From Amoebophrya sp. A120 (lineage: Eukaryota; Protista; Dinoflagellata), in contig CAJINV010000001.1 of the NCBI GenBank assembly GCA_905178155.1, positions 7,261,794 through 7,325,793 of the forward strand: 64,000 nucleotides of DNA, in the 5' to 3' direction. The notes below the pieces were generated by a model. The model was not told where the DNA came from. It did not search any database and worked only from the letters and a program-made list of their open reading frames with translations. The translations under genes were made by a program, and so were the position numbers. Position 1 is the stretch's first letter. Each line of letters opens with the position of its first letter. This document shows positions 15,711 through 29,284 of the stretch, one piece after another.

Positions 15711-17469
15711 TTAATCTTTAACTTTATCCGCAAAAAAAGCTACCTGCATTTTCGGCCACTCGATTTCTCCCTCCTGAAAGCCGCTGCCCATAGCGAAATC
15801 CGTGATTGCGACGTTGCCCATCAGAGACGAGACTTCTGCCTTCAAGTCTTTGTTGTTCAACAGGTCCAGAATCTCCCGTTTGTCATCTTCGCCACGGTAG
15901 CCGCCAACGTTGAGGTAGAAGAGGTTTGTGCCCTTGTTCGCCGCCCCCTTCATGCTGCTCGGCACGCAGAAGGTCTTGTACACCCCGTAAGACAACTGCA
16001 CTTTCTTCGCCACGTCGCTACCCGACAGCAAATTTTTCGCCGCATTCATCATGTAGTCTGCCATCGTGGTAGGCTTTTCGGCCTGGTAGCTGTTTATGTT
16101 TTCTTGAATTTTTACGATTTTTGCACGATTGCCCTTACGAACTCTGCAACGGAGGCAAGGAGGCAAGATTCCGCCATGAAGAAATGCATCAATCAAGAAC
16201 GCTAACACTTTTGCTTTCCTCTCTTCCTTGCGAATTGCTTTTAGACGAAAAATCAATATCGAACCACTCTAGGAGTGTACGGAAGCTGCCGACACAGGTC
16301 GTCGGAGGTCTCCATCTGCCATGCCTTGCCAATCTGCAGCACGTTGTTGACGCACATATTGCCCGTGAGTAACACCGGACCGACTTGCTTCGTGCTCGAC
16401 GTAGCCAGGCTGCTCGTGGCTTCGTCGGTGCAGCACGCGTCTTTGTCCGATAGGGTACAGACTGAACTCCCGCAGGCCATAGTCTCCTCTACCGTCGCAG
16501 GGCAGCTCATTTTTCCCTCCTCCGTTTTCCCGTTCGGCAGCCACGCACTGCTGCAAAGCTCTGAACATCAGCAGATCGATATACATAGAATTTCTAGCCA
16601 GCCGTGAAAAGAACAAGACATCTAATGTTTACATCATTTCTGAATATACCAAATGAGTTTTTGTAGCGGAGAACTTACTTTATGCAGCTGTAAGTACCTA
16701 GCCGCACAATGCTGACTTCGTCTACTTTGGCGTTCTCAAGGTTCTGGACTTGGGACAACGCCCCGGGCAGCTTGGCTTTGAGATCGTCCAAAAATTTGCT
16801 GCTGGACTGGATGCTGCTCGGCATGTTCAGGTAGCCACGCACATTGAAACCGGTTTTGTCCTGCTTCGTCTGCACGCCGACGTTGTTCACGTGAAACCCC
16901 GTGTTCGCATTAGGCTGCCCCTTGCCCGCCTGGAAAGCGTCCATTAGAGCGTTCGAAACGGCAACCGACATGTCGCGCGTCATCGCTTGTTGCTTCTGCT
17001 TCTCGCTCTCTTCCGCCCGCGGCACTTGCTTATTCTTTTCCGCAAGCCTGAACAAAGGAGCAGCGGGTTTTTCATTTAAGCAACTATGATACCGAAGTCT
17101 CTTCAGTCGTTTATTGCGACATTTGGATCACAACAGACACCAGCAGAAAATTGATCATGATTCTCATTTTCATTTTCGACATGATAGATATTACAATGAA
17201 CTTCCACCTTACCCAGTTGAAGTTGAGAAGCTGAGAAAGGCGACTTTGTTGGGATCGTGACGCATGGAGACGCGGAATTCGTAGACCTCCTTCTTGTCCG
17301 CCCGCTCCTTCCCACTGTTCTGCATGTTGAACAGGTGTAACCTGTTCCCCAAACTTCGCCCTTCGATTCCGCTCACCACTCCGAGCAACAACGCAACACA
17401 ATTCCCGATACGCCGACCCCGACGCGCTGGTCGAGGGCCCTCGTGATTTGCGAACCGCCCCAACATCAT
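15711..17469 (-). CDS. Hypothetical multi-exon protein, possibly secreted
   Basis: Co-directional coding-like ORF segments (17209-17520, 16675-17055, 16253-16510, 15711-16256) separated by AT-rich gaps with GT/AG ends. There is a hydrophobic N-terminal stretch and a Cys-rich segment; no family recognised. Confidence 0.45.
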
Positions 17470-18386
17470 CCCGCTTCGGCAAGAGGACCCGCGTAGTGTT
17501 GGAATTCTCCCCGGGGCCAAGTGTCACATGGTGTTCAAACAACTCCGGTGTAGCATACGCCTCAAAAAGAGTTGTGGCGCACTGGATTTGGCAGCAAGAA
17601 AAGGAGAAAGTTTTTATCGTCAGTTTTTGTCATTTTGGCTGTAACTTCTCGCACACCCTCTACTTCACTGCCGAAGTCTTCTTCCTCTCTCTTCACCACT
17701 ACACGGTCGCGAAGTTGGTCTTTTAGCATAGTTCATGCAGCTCAGCCAGCATTTCATAAATGCCCGCGTTTGAACAACGCTAAACCAACACCAAAAGTGG
17801 CGATCTGATTGGGATAGATTTCGTTTTCTTATTGTGTTGTTATCTGCGCGCAAGGAGTTGTGCTGCATGGAAGCAGAAAAACGAGCTGTCTATTAAACCC
17901 GAAATGCTACTGTGGTCAGGTCCATCATCAAGCAGAGGCAAACTGCCCATACCCAGCCGCCTCACATGGGTCAGCTAATTTTGGAAAGCAGTCAGCGGCA
18001 GATCTGAAGAAGATCGATCTGCACACATACTACCGATCCAATATTGAGTGCTTCGTGATATTGTATCGATCCATCAAAAATTCAACGAGGAGCGGCGGGC
18101 CCACACCGGACGACAGAAGCTGTCTACTTCTATTCCGTATTGTGCTCGTCCGGGAGCAGAATCTCCAACTGCAAGTGGAACGACCACTGTCTGAGGCAAA
18201 AAAACCCTCCGCAAGCATGCAGTTGTGCGGCAGTCGACACAGCTTCTCGTCGGGTAACTACGCGTGTGCGCGGGATGGCGATGCGCCCTCCATCACATTT
18301 TTATACCGACTTGTTGGCAAGTGAGTCCGCTGGCCCATGAAGTCGTATAATCGACGTTGACGAGTCGCAGGACGCTGCATTTCCAC

Positions 18387-20379
18387 CTACAACATGTCTG
18401 CATTGTCGTCTTCTGCTAGCAGTGCCATGATGTCGTCTAGGACCTGCATATTATGATTTTTTTGCGTTGATAAAATCCGCGACGTCCTCCACCAGAGTCC
18501 ATCCTCTAGATGATAAACAGAGCGTAAAAGAACAAGTACGTCGTCTTTATCGGGGTTTTCCTTCTGCTTGATGGCCAAGGCAATGGCTTCTTCGAATATG
18601 CGCACGACGTTTGTACCGTCGGCGGCAGACACGTAGAAAAACGGCAGTTTGTGCTTCACTGCAAACTGGAACCTGGGTCGTTGGCAAATTTCTTATTCTT
18701 ATTCTTCGGTACTTAATTCTGCTTGGCGCAGGCCAAAATGCATTCCAGGAAGGAACCAAAATCAAAAAGCACCTCAATAAAAAGCCAATACTTTTTCTGT
18801 GTGCTGGTCGGGTCGAAGTCTATTTTGTTGGCGATGCAGATTATTGGTATGTCTCGCATGACGCCGTTCCGCAAATTTTCGTACCACTTCTCCAGATTTT
18901 TGTACGTTATTTTTCTTGTTACGTCGAACGCTAGTATGCAACAATGTGCTTCGTAGTAGTAACCTGCGGTCGTGTTGTTTTGTTCGTGATCTTCTGTTGT
19001 AAAACCAGAACAGCAGGACCCTTGCACGAACTTTTTTTTTTGAAAACATAATCTTAGCCATAAACTTATAAAGATCACAATAGCAACTTCTGATCGGAGT
19101 TTTGATGAGAATGATCGGGGATCGCTGCCGTCGTGTTCTTCACAGGTCCATGGACAAGTTCTGTGGGTGCGCTCCCGGGATCCAATCGTTACCAAATTTC
19201 TCCGGTAACGTCTGAACAGTGGTTTCCCTCTCCACTTCGCTGGCTACGGTTGCTCGCACGGGACCCGGTACGGAGTGAGCAACACTGCCGTGGCTAGAAA
19301 ACCTTAGCTGTGCATAGGTTCGGTCGCCATTTGACAGTGCTACGCTGGACCAACGTCTCTTCATCGTTTCGGCAGTGAAGCCTTACCTGGTTCTCATATA
19401 AAACCACGCTCCACCGTCGGGAATGACCCACTTGCAGCTAGTAAGGGAGCCTACGTCCTCAGGTGTGCGCGCCTATATCACTACCTCGCCCCCTGACACC
19501 TCCTATCTAACCTAAAGGGCGGAAAAAAATGATCACAGGGATCTTTGCAATTTTGTGGACTCTAGATGGGTAGCTGTAGATGCTGCGCGCATCTGGACGG
19601 GCAGCGCTGCTCTTTGGCGCTGTTATAGAGAGACGGATACAGGAAAGCTTTATTGGCCTCAGCTTTTGTTTCTTTGTCTTGTTATACTTTTTTACAATAA
19701 AGCTTTCCTGTTTTTTATATGTTTTTTCCCTTGCACGAACTTCAAGAAGAAGAAAGTGATCAAAAGCATGAAACATATTTGTACTTGGGTGCAGATTTGA
19801 GAATTGCTCTTGCCCAGCTGTGTCCCAGAAGTCGATGCGGTAGTCTTTCTTTGATTTTGCGTCGGTGTGCGTATGTGAGAATATGTTCACCGCAAACGTT
19901 GACGCTGTGTGTTTCGTATACCTGTTTGGGTTTTTCCTGACAACGCTGAAGTACATCACGTGAGTCCGGCTGGCCTAGCATCAATTTCCGATCGTTCCCA
20001 ATAACATTCACAATTCGAGGTCGAAAACAACGAATTCTTACGCGTTCAAGAGATATCGCTCGATAAGCTTGCTTTTGCCGACTGCCGAATCGCCGAGAAG
20101 TATTATCTTGATATCTCCGGGTCGGTAGTCGTTATCTGGCGCCAGCGGTTCCCGTGCCTGTCGCAGGGATGAAGTTTATTTTTTTGATGAAATACACGAA
20201 GATCATCTCATCTAGCAATGCAACCACATGTTCCTCCGCAATTCCAAATGCGAAAACAACAAGGGGCTGACAAAAAAAACTTAAACTATAATAGATACAA
20301 GTTCTTCACGGCTGGACTTTGCACCGGGGCTTGGGGCATCCCAATCATGATCCGCCATGACGTTTTCCTGATCTGGCAT
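18387..20379 (-). CDS. RABL2: Rab-like protein 2 (ciliary small GTPase), multi-exon; start uncertain
   Basis: Motifs IKIILLGDSAVGKSKLIER, IDFWDTAGQEQFSNLHPSYYYEAHCCILAFDVTRKITYKNL, IANKID and FYVSAADGTNVV. Confidence 0.93.
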
Positions 20380-21871
20380 GTATCTTCCTCTTCGCTTCTT
20401 TCTTCCAGCACCGGTGCCTCTTGGTGTTTTATTTCCCTTTTTGAGCACCTCTCTTGCTCCACTTTGGTAGAAAAGCCCGCAGTTCGTTGGGAAAGCGGAT
20501 TTGAACCTCTCTTCCTTCCTAACCGGTCGAACAAGGAGCGGTGGCAGCTCTCTTGGAGATGATATTCCTCGCACCACGTTGCTTTGCGTTTTGGGCAAAA
20601 CGGTTTTTTTGTTCCGCGTCGAGCTAATTCAGTATACTGCTGCGAATTCCCCAGCTAGCAGTACTCAACGACGCCGAGGCGATGAGATCAGGGTGGGACG
20701 ACCAAGAGTTCTCGGCTTGAACATCAAGTACGTGGGGAAATTTTTCTCGTTGTCAATCGCGGTGCAACCAGCTGGAGCAGCAGTCCTACAGGAGCGTGGA
20801 AAACTTAGCTTATCTCTTCTCGGTCATTGACTTCTCGTGTGCCGGGCTTGTGCAACTATATTTTTGCTGTTCTTCGTTCGGCGTGGCGCTAATTTTCGTG
20901 TGGTTGAACATAGCTTCACGTGAAGCAATCAAGTCTCTGCTTTTTTATGCCAAGACGCTGTGGTCTGGAGATTCAGTAATTGGTCCGGTGCCGCCGCTTC
21001 GTATCGCTTGATCCCCGCAAAATTGTTTCACGATGTCACGCGACGGATGAGAACTTTCTCAGTGAGCGGCAAGCAAAACTAGAAGGGCGAAGATGACCTG
21101 GCGTCGTGTATGCTTCAAAAAATCTGCGAGTCCGGTTTTTTTCCCCGTCCCGTAAGTCTGCCCTTGTTGCTTTTCGTCGAGGCTGTAAAAAATCCCTGCT
21201 GTATGCTGGTTTTCTGCAGGTGCCGTGTGAAAAACGCAAGACTTTGACTCGAAAAAATTGAGGTGGACCTCAACAGACGAAAAACTTTTGCGTGTCAATC
21301 AAAACAAAAACGTTGAAGTAAAATAAGCACAGGAGGCTACGGAAAGTAACTTCGACAGCAAAATCTCTACGTGCGAAAAATGGGCTATCGGACGGGGTTA
21401 AGTACGGTTTGCGTTTGCTGATTGATGAGCTGCAAATTGATACGACCGCAGCAGGTCAATGCCCTCAGCTGGTGGTACCCTGGGCTACACTCAAAGAAAA
21501 CGCACACAGTACACAGACACTCGTGAAAATTTCGAACCGGATTAGGATTTTTGTCTAGCAAACTAAACTCTTTGCGGCCTGCCCTCCATCTCTCCTAATC
21601 ACTTGACAAGTGAAGAAAAAGCATAAACAAGAAGATTCAGCGTTGCTGTCGACGTCGCATTGATTTAGACGGACGGAAAAAAAAAACGTCTGGGCTCGGT
21701 TTTTCTTTACGCATTTCTTTTTGTACAACATCCTAGCGGCTTCATTTTTTCATTTTCATCACGCTTCTGTTCATTGATGTTTCCCGTAGACTCACTCCGT
21801 CAGCGGCGCGGAATGGAAAAACAAGTTGCTTCATTTTGTAGATATATTCCGTGTAGTTTTCTTCCACGAGC

Positions 21872-24800
21872 TCAGGACCTTTTGTCGCGTTCGGCGTTCC
21901 GGCGGCCCTGACGAGCGGGTCGCTGCTCGGACACCTCTATCAAGAACAAAAAACCCCCCTCCCCATATCAAAACGAAAATCTGTGATGCAGATTTGTGGT
22001 CACAAATCAGCTTTGTGATGCTAGACGGCAAAAGATGCGGACTGTAGTGCTAGCTAGCGTGGGAAAGTATTGCATCTCCAGCATGACGCGAGGCAACTGG
22101 AAGTGGGAAACAGCATGACGAATTGCCTGCAACTCAGGCCACAACTGCGTCTCTTGGCCTTCTAGCAATACAAGCCGATTTGTGTACTCAAATACAGCAT
22201 CACAAATTTCGTTTCCGATATGGGGAGGGGGGATTTTTCTTTTTGATAACCTCCTGCTCCTCTTCCTCGTCCTCCTCGTCGTCGCTGGTAGCTTCTTTTC
22301 GCTGGCGCTTCCTCGTCCGCGTCCGCGACCTCGACCGCCGGACCGCTGTGCGGTCGTCGGTGCCGGTGAAGGCGCCCGGCATGTGGACCGCAAGGTAGCA
22401 GGTCTCAAGCTTTTCGCGGTGCCTCTCCAGCTCCTTCTCGGAAAGATCTTCCTCGCAGTTACAGAACCAAACGCGCTCCTTTCCGCCCTGCTTTCGTATT
22501 GTGTTCAGCAACTCCCCGACGCGATCTGGGATATTGTTTGTGAAGAGGTTTCTTCGATGAAAAAAACAATGCATAAGTACTTGTTCCAACGAAAACGGAA
22601 CGGAAAATGAAATTCAGTATGAAAAACATCTGCCTTCATCCTAGCGCCGACAAAACTCCGTGGCAAACAATTTACAACTCAATACTTTCAGCCACGATCG
22701 GATTGTTGGTGATTCCGAGCTTGAGAGGAATGGGAAGGCCGTAGGACTTGCGAATGGGATAACCGCTGTGGTTGTAGCACGCGCGCAGCACAGAATTTAC
22801 ATCCTCGAAGCCGAGCAGGTTGCGATCCAGTAGCAGTTCACTCAAGGGTTCCGTACTCCAGACGTAGTCCGCAATCTTTGAAGCAGCATCGCTTTGGATC
22901 TGTTTTATTTCATGTGATGAATCACTTTTTACTTTTCACTGTCTACGGACATGGTTACCAATGCCGGTTAGCTTCTCATCCACAACCTCCCTGTATTTCT
23001 TTTTGTAAAAAACACAAATAACACCTTCTATATTCTTCTACTTGCCATCATTAGGATACATCTGGACGATAATTCTTCAGTTCGATGATAAATGTACAAA
23101 ATAAAAGCTGGTATGCTTCATTTTTGTTTAAGTACCTTGTTTTTTGTCAAGTCCAGCACGTCCACGCGGATTTCGAGGGTCATGAGCGTTTCTATGATTT
23201 TCTTCACGGCGCTATCACTCAGGTCGTTACCGGACAGGTTGAATCGGTGGATGTGGTAAGGCTTTTCACCCATCAAGCGCGTACACCTGTAAGAAGGAGA
23301 TCGCAAATCGTTCGCAGGAACTTAAAACAAAGTAGGCGACAGCCACAGCGTGATAAAAAGAAAAACAAGCTTCTTGCATTATTTTTGTAATAGCGTTTTA
23401 TTCACCGCAGGCAGACGGAGGCTGCTGCTAGTGATGCACTTTCGCGAGCATTGAAGACACGGCAGTGGCGGTCTTACCACTAGAAAAGCTTTGTTCAATA
23501 AAGCTTAAGTACCATGCTTCCAAACAGTCCATAAAGTCGGCCACATGTTTATCGCGGCACATTCCGTTGTAAAGATGTATGTCCCACAATCCGGGCGCCT
23601 CCTTGCTCTGAACAACATTCTTTGTGCGAAAATAGTCATAAACGTCCGGTTTCCTTGTCGCGAAATCGTCCCGCTCGATCTCTTTTTCTCCCGGGGCGCT
23701 CGCCGAGAGGTACTCACTTGGCGGCGGGCCCCGCTCCGGCGGCTGCGGTGGCGGTGCGCTGGCGGAGGACGTGGTTGGGACCAGCACGCCAGGAGGAAGT
23801 TGTTGGGCTGGCGTCGCTGGGTCCACCTGTCGTTGCCAGTCGAAGAAAACAAAATCACTAAAAATGACGATTGATTTTCACACAAGAGCTAATGCTAGCC
23901 TCTGCTGATCGTTTTGATGTAGTTTTCTTTTTCGTTCTTCGGCATTGAAAGACATACTTAGAGACACAAAATCAAACAGATACTAGCTGGAGTGGTGGTG
24001 GTGCCGCTTCGGTTGCCGGCCTGACTGTGTGAACTTCCGTACCTGCCATGAAATTCAAACGGATTTGAGCCTGAGTTCGTATTCGTAAAGGTTGTACCAA
24101 AAATTAAAAGAAGCACTGCTGTACTCACATATCGAATTAAAATAAGCACGACTGCTGTACTTCCATATCGATTTTTTTTTTCGTTCTTGTTCACAGCATT
24201 TGAACCAGACCTCTAGTCTTACCGTCGGCATTCCTGACTATTTCGAGGATGTGCCCTGGCGGAACTTCTGGGGGCTGAAACAGCACGCCCGGCGGTGGCG
24301 GTGCACCCGGCGGCGGAGCCTGCTGTGGTGGGGGGTGGCCGGCTATGTGCGCGCCGGCAGGGGAATGGTGGTGCACGACTACGCCGGGTGGTGGAGGGCC
24401 GTGCTGGTAGATGACGTGCGGCCCGGGCGGTGCGCCGGGTGGCGGTGGGCCCCCTTTTCCGCCCGGCGGTGGAGGTCCGCCCACCAGGAACGGCGGGGGC
24501 TGGTGCGGGTTGTGGCCGTTTCCTTTGTGCGGGTCTTTCCCTTTTCCTCCTTTATCGTGGGCCCCGTAGTCGTGGGGCGGGCCGGGGGGAAAGCTGGAGG
24601 AGGAGGAGTACGACTTGTCCTTACTTGTCCCCTTGCCCTTGTACGAATTCTTGTCCTTGTGGCCCTTTCCGTACGTGTGTTCCTTGCCCCCGGCCTTGGA
24701 AAAGTGCTCCTGCTGCGGTGGCTGGTGCATTGGTGGCTGGTGGTGCATTGGTGGACCTTTTATCGGCATTCCCGGCGGGGGGCCCCCCTTTATGATCGCG

Positions 24801-25135
24801 GCGCCCGGCGGTGGAACAAACTGTCAAGTGAGTGGAGGTCGATGATGACTTTTACCGCAAGGAGACGCAGGTCAATCTTACCGTGTAAAACTGCAAAGGT
24901 GTCGAAGAAGGCGGACTACAGTCTGTCGGTGAGAGTTGTGTACTAGCAAAAAAAAACTTCTTACCTGTTGCCCTGGCGGTGGCGGTCCGCCCTTGATTGT
25001 GACCATACCCCCCTTTCCGGGTGGCGGGCCTTTCAAAATCACTCCAGGTGGTGGTCCAGCACCTCCTTTTATCATCATCGGGGCGCCCTTTGGCGAAGGG
25101 CCGCCCTTTGGCGGCGGACCGCCGTAGTGTAACAT
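21872..25135 (-). CDS. Pro/Gly/Lys-rich protein with leucine-rich repeats, multi-exon, interrupted by an introner
   Basis: The KGGPPP-rich exons (25135-24965 and about 24820-24200) are followed by LRR-like units FNLSGNDLSDSAV, LDLTKNKIQSDAA and LLLDRNLLGFED, then an RS/acidic tail. Exon linkage is inferred from GT/AG sites. Confidence 0.6.
21938..22248. mobile_element. Introner/MITE family C, 311 bp, TSD ACCTC
   Basis: About 50-bp imperfect TIR (tatcaagaacaaaaaacccccctccccatatc...). ACCTC occurs at 21933-21937 and 22249-22253. The sense-strand TSD GAG|GT yields an exact GT-AG intron. Confidence 0.92.
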
Positions 25136-26689
25136 TTACACGGAGTGTTGTGAAGTTTTCAGCTTCTGGCTCAACTGCAAATTCATTCGCAAGCCAGCAG
25201 TGTCAACAATTCTTTCGCGTTTCTTGGTCGCAGAGGGAAATTTGTTCGTTTTTGAAATGACCGTGGTCAATGTTTATTGGGAGACATCACAAGTATGAAC
25301 CATTGTCAGTGTTTCTTTTTCATCATTTTCTCTGCGCCGTAGTGCTACATCTATCGAAACATCTAAATACTGATGATGTCTTGTATGTCGAGAAAAATCC
25401 TAATGAGGTATGAGTGTGAATTTCCGCCAGAATGTACCTATGACTCCGTATGGAAAATCGTGTGAAGTCAGTGTGAAATCAGAAACAAATACTGCCAACT
25501 TATGAAAGGAAAAACTAAGTGATTGCTCGCTAAGAAAGGGAGAAATAAGGGGATAGGAGAAAAACAAAAACTACTTAGATATACTCTTTACAAACAAACA
25601 TTTACTGGACGTTTTATCTGGCAGAAATGTCAACAATGAAATTCACGTACTTCTACTTCAAACGATAAGGAACAAAATAAATGGAAGGAAATCTATATCT
25701 ATGCGAGAGTGAATTTCCAAAGATACTTTTCGAAACGAAAGCGCGAGAAGGATTGCGGCTAAATTTTGGCTGTCGCCTAGACTTACTTCATATGCTTCCG
25801 TAGAAGCGGCTTCAGGAGACTCATTCCGTAGAATGTTCGGAAGATAGATTCATTTTCAGCACGTAGAATTTCAATTTCAAGATGGTTATTTACGTGATTC
25901 ATTCCGTAGTAGAATGCTATAGGAGATTTGTTCTGTCGTGGAGTTCCTCACCCGTGGGTCGAGCACGACAATTATAGCAGAGCAGGCGCGCCCTTAGGCG
26001 ATAATTCTACATCAACTAGCTCGTTTTTTTTTCTCGTCCAACATCGAAGACAGATCTCAATCTCTGCCGCCGTTTCGACCATGATCAAATCTATCGTGCA
26101 GAACCTGACATTTATTTTCGGTTTCATTCTATGCAATAGTGGTTCGTCTTGCATATTAATCTAGTCGCGTTTGCTACAATTCTTGTTCAAAGCCAAATGA
26201 TCAAGCTGGGGTGGTCACTCCTCTTTTTCTACTTATTTAGGAGAGTGTGGAAATACATGCATTTCTGATTCTGGTAGAAAACCGTGGCAATTCATGGGAC
26301 ACGCTGCATTGCGAAGTTGTTCCGCTTTGAGTTAACCTAGGATGTGTGTATTGATTGATGTCTCTTCACCTTCGCTTCTACTTCTAGGAGGTATTACCAG
26401 TGCGACACTAGTGATTGATGTTCATCCGAAGCAATATCGTTTTGTTCCACACGAGAATCATTCTAGTCTTGTGCTTGCCAAGGAAGAACATAATGACCAC
26501 CTGCAGCGCCTGCTATTGCTAAAAATTTGTTCACAATGTATCTTCAGTGCCACGCTTTCGATGTCATTCGCAGTCATTCACGCGTCCACCATCACCATCA
26601 TTCTTTGCGCACACCGAGCAAAAATAAAGGCGCCGTTTCTCTCTGTGCAACAGTACTAACAGCCCTTTCGTTTTCTTTAGTCTTCGTTC

Positions 26690-28654
26690 TTAAATGCGGT
26701 CCTGCGTCAGACCAGCTTCTGCACGAAGATCTGCGGCACCTTGGAACTGTTTCAAAACGTGATAGCCGTCTTTCCCCAAACTATTTTGCCACTGCTCGAA
26801 CGCTTCTAACGCCTGTTCCCTTCCCACTACAGATACCTTTCTCTGCGCCTCTACATTTTGTAACCGCGCTTTATACCGTGCTATGAACGCCACGAGATCT
26901 TCTTGAGCGGTCGTAGCAGAGGATGAGCTTGGTGTACTTACTGGGGGAGCTCTTGCTGTGCCCGTTGTTCCAGTAGGCAACTGTTCCCCACCAGTTGTAT
27001 GTTTACATAGACCTGGGAGAAAGAAGGCCGGCGGTGGCTCGACGTCTCGGGGAAAAATTTCGTCCAGTCGTTGCGCCAAACGTAGTAGCTCGGTGGGCTT
27101 TTCTCGCTGCAAACCCTTCACCCGCAGCCACTCGGCGCGCAGCCACGAGGGGAAGTCCGGGCTTGTGGATTTGCTTTTGTTTCCTCTATCGGTTTGATCT
27201 CCACGCAGTTGCGCAACATGGTCAAAGAGGCGGTTCCTACTTTGTACGCTCTGTGCGGAATTAGTTGTATCTTCTACCTCGGACCCGCTGCAACTCTCGT
27301 TTCGTGTCTGCTTGCTCGGGTTCGTGGAGGTCCGCTTGCTTGTGGTGGTACTCGCAGTTACGAAATCCAGGTCGTCGTGCACCAAATCCGCTCCGCACAG
27401 CAACCGCCGCTCGGCCTTTTGCAATGCGGAGCATAGACGTGCGGTTGTCTTGGAGCTCCAAGTAGACGAGGAAAGGTCTTTTTGATCTGCGGAAAAACTA
27501 TGTTGATTTTCAGATCCTGCAGTTCGCGGAGGTTTTTCTCGCAGCTCTTCCCGCTTTTGCTCTTCCCGACGGTGCACCACCTTCGCAGCCTTGCAGCTCC
27601 AGTGTAGAGCGTCCGCTTCGACCTGGCTTGCTGTGGTGTGAAGTGTGAGCAAGCGCTCTAGCCTCCTCTTCAGTACCGGGCTCTCTAGGATGTGAAGTTC
27701 CAGCTGCGAGGGCGGTGCTGTTTTCCGTGAGTGCGGCAGTATTGTGTGCGTTTCTAGCTCCTCCCGGAGAACATGCAACCAGTGCACCCGAGCCCGCTGT
27801 GCTTCGTGCACATAATGGGCATGAATTCGCCACTTCCGGATGCTGAGCAAGCACCGATCAACGGCGGTCTGAATGCGCGAAGAAGAAGATGCACAATTCG
27901 CTTCGACTCGTTGGGATTTCCAAGTTCTCGCACGATCGAAGAGAGAGAGTCTGGGTCGCGGTACCAAGGACGCGCTTTGGGTGCATCTCAAAAGTGGCAC
28001 AGAGTCCAGCAGGAGCGTACCCAGCGCGGCAGGCGCAGTGCGACGTCCGCTCGCTCCATCGTCAAGTACATCGTCCGAAAACAGAGCGTCAAAAGCTTGA
28101 AACCTGCTTTCGTCTCTACCACTTCGCTCCCCAGCCGGAGCCACACCCTCTCGCCCGAAAAGCCGTTGCAATTGGGGAACGAGCACGGCCTGACATCGAT
28201 CCTTTGGATCGTTGAGAGACTGGCGTTTTCTAGCAGCTAGCGTGCTGTCAGAAAAAGCAAAGGCGGTCCGCGCCAGTCGTAGTTCGCGCACCAGAAGGGG
28301 AAGCAGAACTATCTCCGCGCGTCTATCATAGCTATTCCACAGCAAGAGCTGTCGCAGTATTCTGTCCACGCTTGTATTTTTTGCACTCTTCTGATCTTCC
28401 CGGGGCGCAGCAGCTCCAGACCGTCTTTTTCTCAACAGCCGCGCCAGTAGAACGAATGGGCTTTTCGCGTGTCGCGTTCCTGCTTCGTCCGGGTGAATTA
28501 TCGCCTCCTCCACAATCGATGCGAAATGTCGGTTGCACACTTGGAACAATTGGCTAGCCACGCCTGGTGCGAGCGCGTCCTGGGTGAAACTAGCGTCTAG
28601 GCCCAGGAGGTCAACGACTTCGGTAACCGAGTCGGGCAGCCGAGGCAACGACAT
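26690..28654 (-). CDS. Hypothetical protein (654 aa)
   Basis: Long ATG-initiated ORF on the cluster strand; no family recognised. Confidence 0.6.
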   Translation of the reverse strand: MSLPRLPDSVTEVVDLLGLDASFTQDALAPGVASQLFQVCNRHFASIVEEAIIHPDEAGTRHAKSPFVLLARLLRKRRSGAAAPREDQKSAKNTSVDRILRQLLLWNSYDRRAEIVLLPLLVRELRLARTAFAFSDSTLAARKRQSLNDPKDRCQAVLVPQLQRLFGREGVAPAGERSGRDESRFQAFDALFSDDVLDDGASGRRTAPAALGTLLLDSVPLLRCTQSASLVPRPRLSLFDRARTWKSQRVEANCASSSSRIQTAVDRCLLSIRKWRIHAHYVHEAQRARVHWLHVLREELETHTILPHSRKTAPPSQLELHILESPVLKRRLERLLTLHTTASQVEADALHWSCKAAKVVHRREEQKREELREKPPRTAGSENQHSFSADQKDLSSSTWSSKTTARLCSALQKAERRLLCGADLVHDDLDFVTASTTTSKRTSTNPSKQTRNESCSGSEVEDTTNSAQSVQSRNRLFDHVAQLRGDQTDRGNKSKSTSPDFPSWLRAEWLRVKGLQREKPTELLRLAQRLDEIFPRDVEPPPAFFLPGLCKHTTGGEQLPTGTTGTARAPPVSTPSSSSATTAQEDLVAFIARYKARLQNVEAQRKVSVVGREQALEAFEQWQNSLGKDGYHVLKQFQGAADLRAEAGLTQDRI

Positions 28655-29101
28655 GGTCTTTGATTGACATGCAAGCTAAAACGGAACCCATTTAGCGCCT
28701 GGCTGTCTCCCTAATGAAAATTCTAAACGGCGATAGTGATACAGTTCTAGGAATCTTGTAAGTAAGTTGAAGTACCTACTTTGTGTGAAAAAAAGTGCTA
28801 ACCTACCATGGGATCGTATCGATGAGCCAAGAACATGGAGATTTGATAACGAGCCAATTATCTTTACCACGGTGTATCACTAACTTCTAAGATAGATCCC
28901 AGAAAACGATTCGCGTATGATTAGCCTCTCTTTCTTTGTTCGCGAAAAGAGGACAATGGATTTGCGCCAGAAATTCTGAACAGGAGAATCAAAAAACTAC
29001 TCGCCCTTCTTCCAGATTGCTCCGCCTGGATACTTTTACGCGCCGTTTCTGCGAACGAACGGAACACTTTCTTCCATAAAATTTAACGTCCGAGTCTTTT
29101 C

Positions 29102-29222
29102 GTTTCGTTCCTTCCATGTGGTATCCCTAAACCCGAGCGGCCCGTTGGACCGCGCCGTTGGGGCTGGGTAAAGCGTCCTGGGCCTACCTCCCAAAACCGA
29201 GGCCCAGCACGCCTCACCACCA
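29102..29222 (-). repeat. Split direct repeat B2 (121 bp)
   Basis: Identical to 29473-29593. Confidence 0.95.
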
Positions 29223-29284
29223 AACGTCTGTCCGGACGAACCGGCACGACGTATACGGCCACTCGGGTGGGGGGGTGGGGCAAG

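Noticed and set aside
19378-19545. U1 snRNA starting near CTTACCTGG
   Set aside because: No convincing stem-loop I GAUCAC loop, AUUGCAC loop or Sm site at the right spacing.
25760-25917. Relic dinoflagellate spliced leaders (TCCGTAG, ATTTTGGCT pieces)
   Set aside because: Only short fragments, in the wrong order and on the non-coding strand; more likely a small degenerate repeat.
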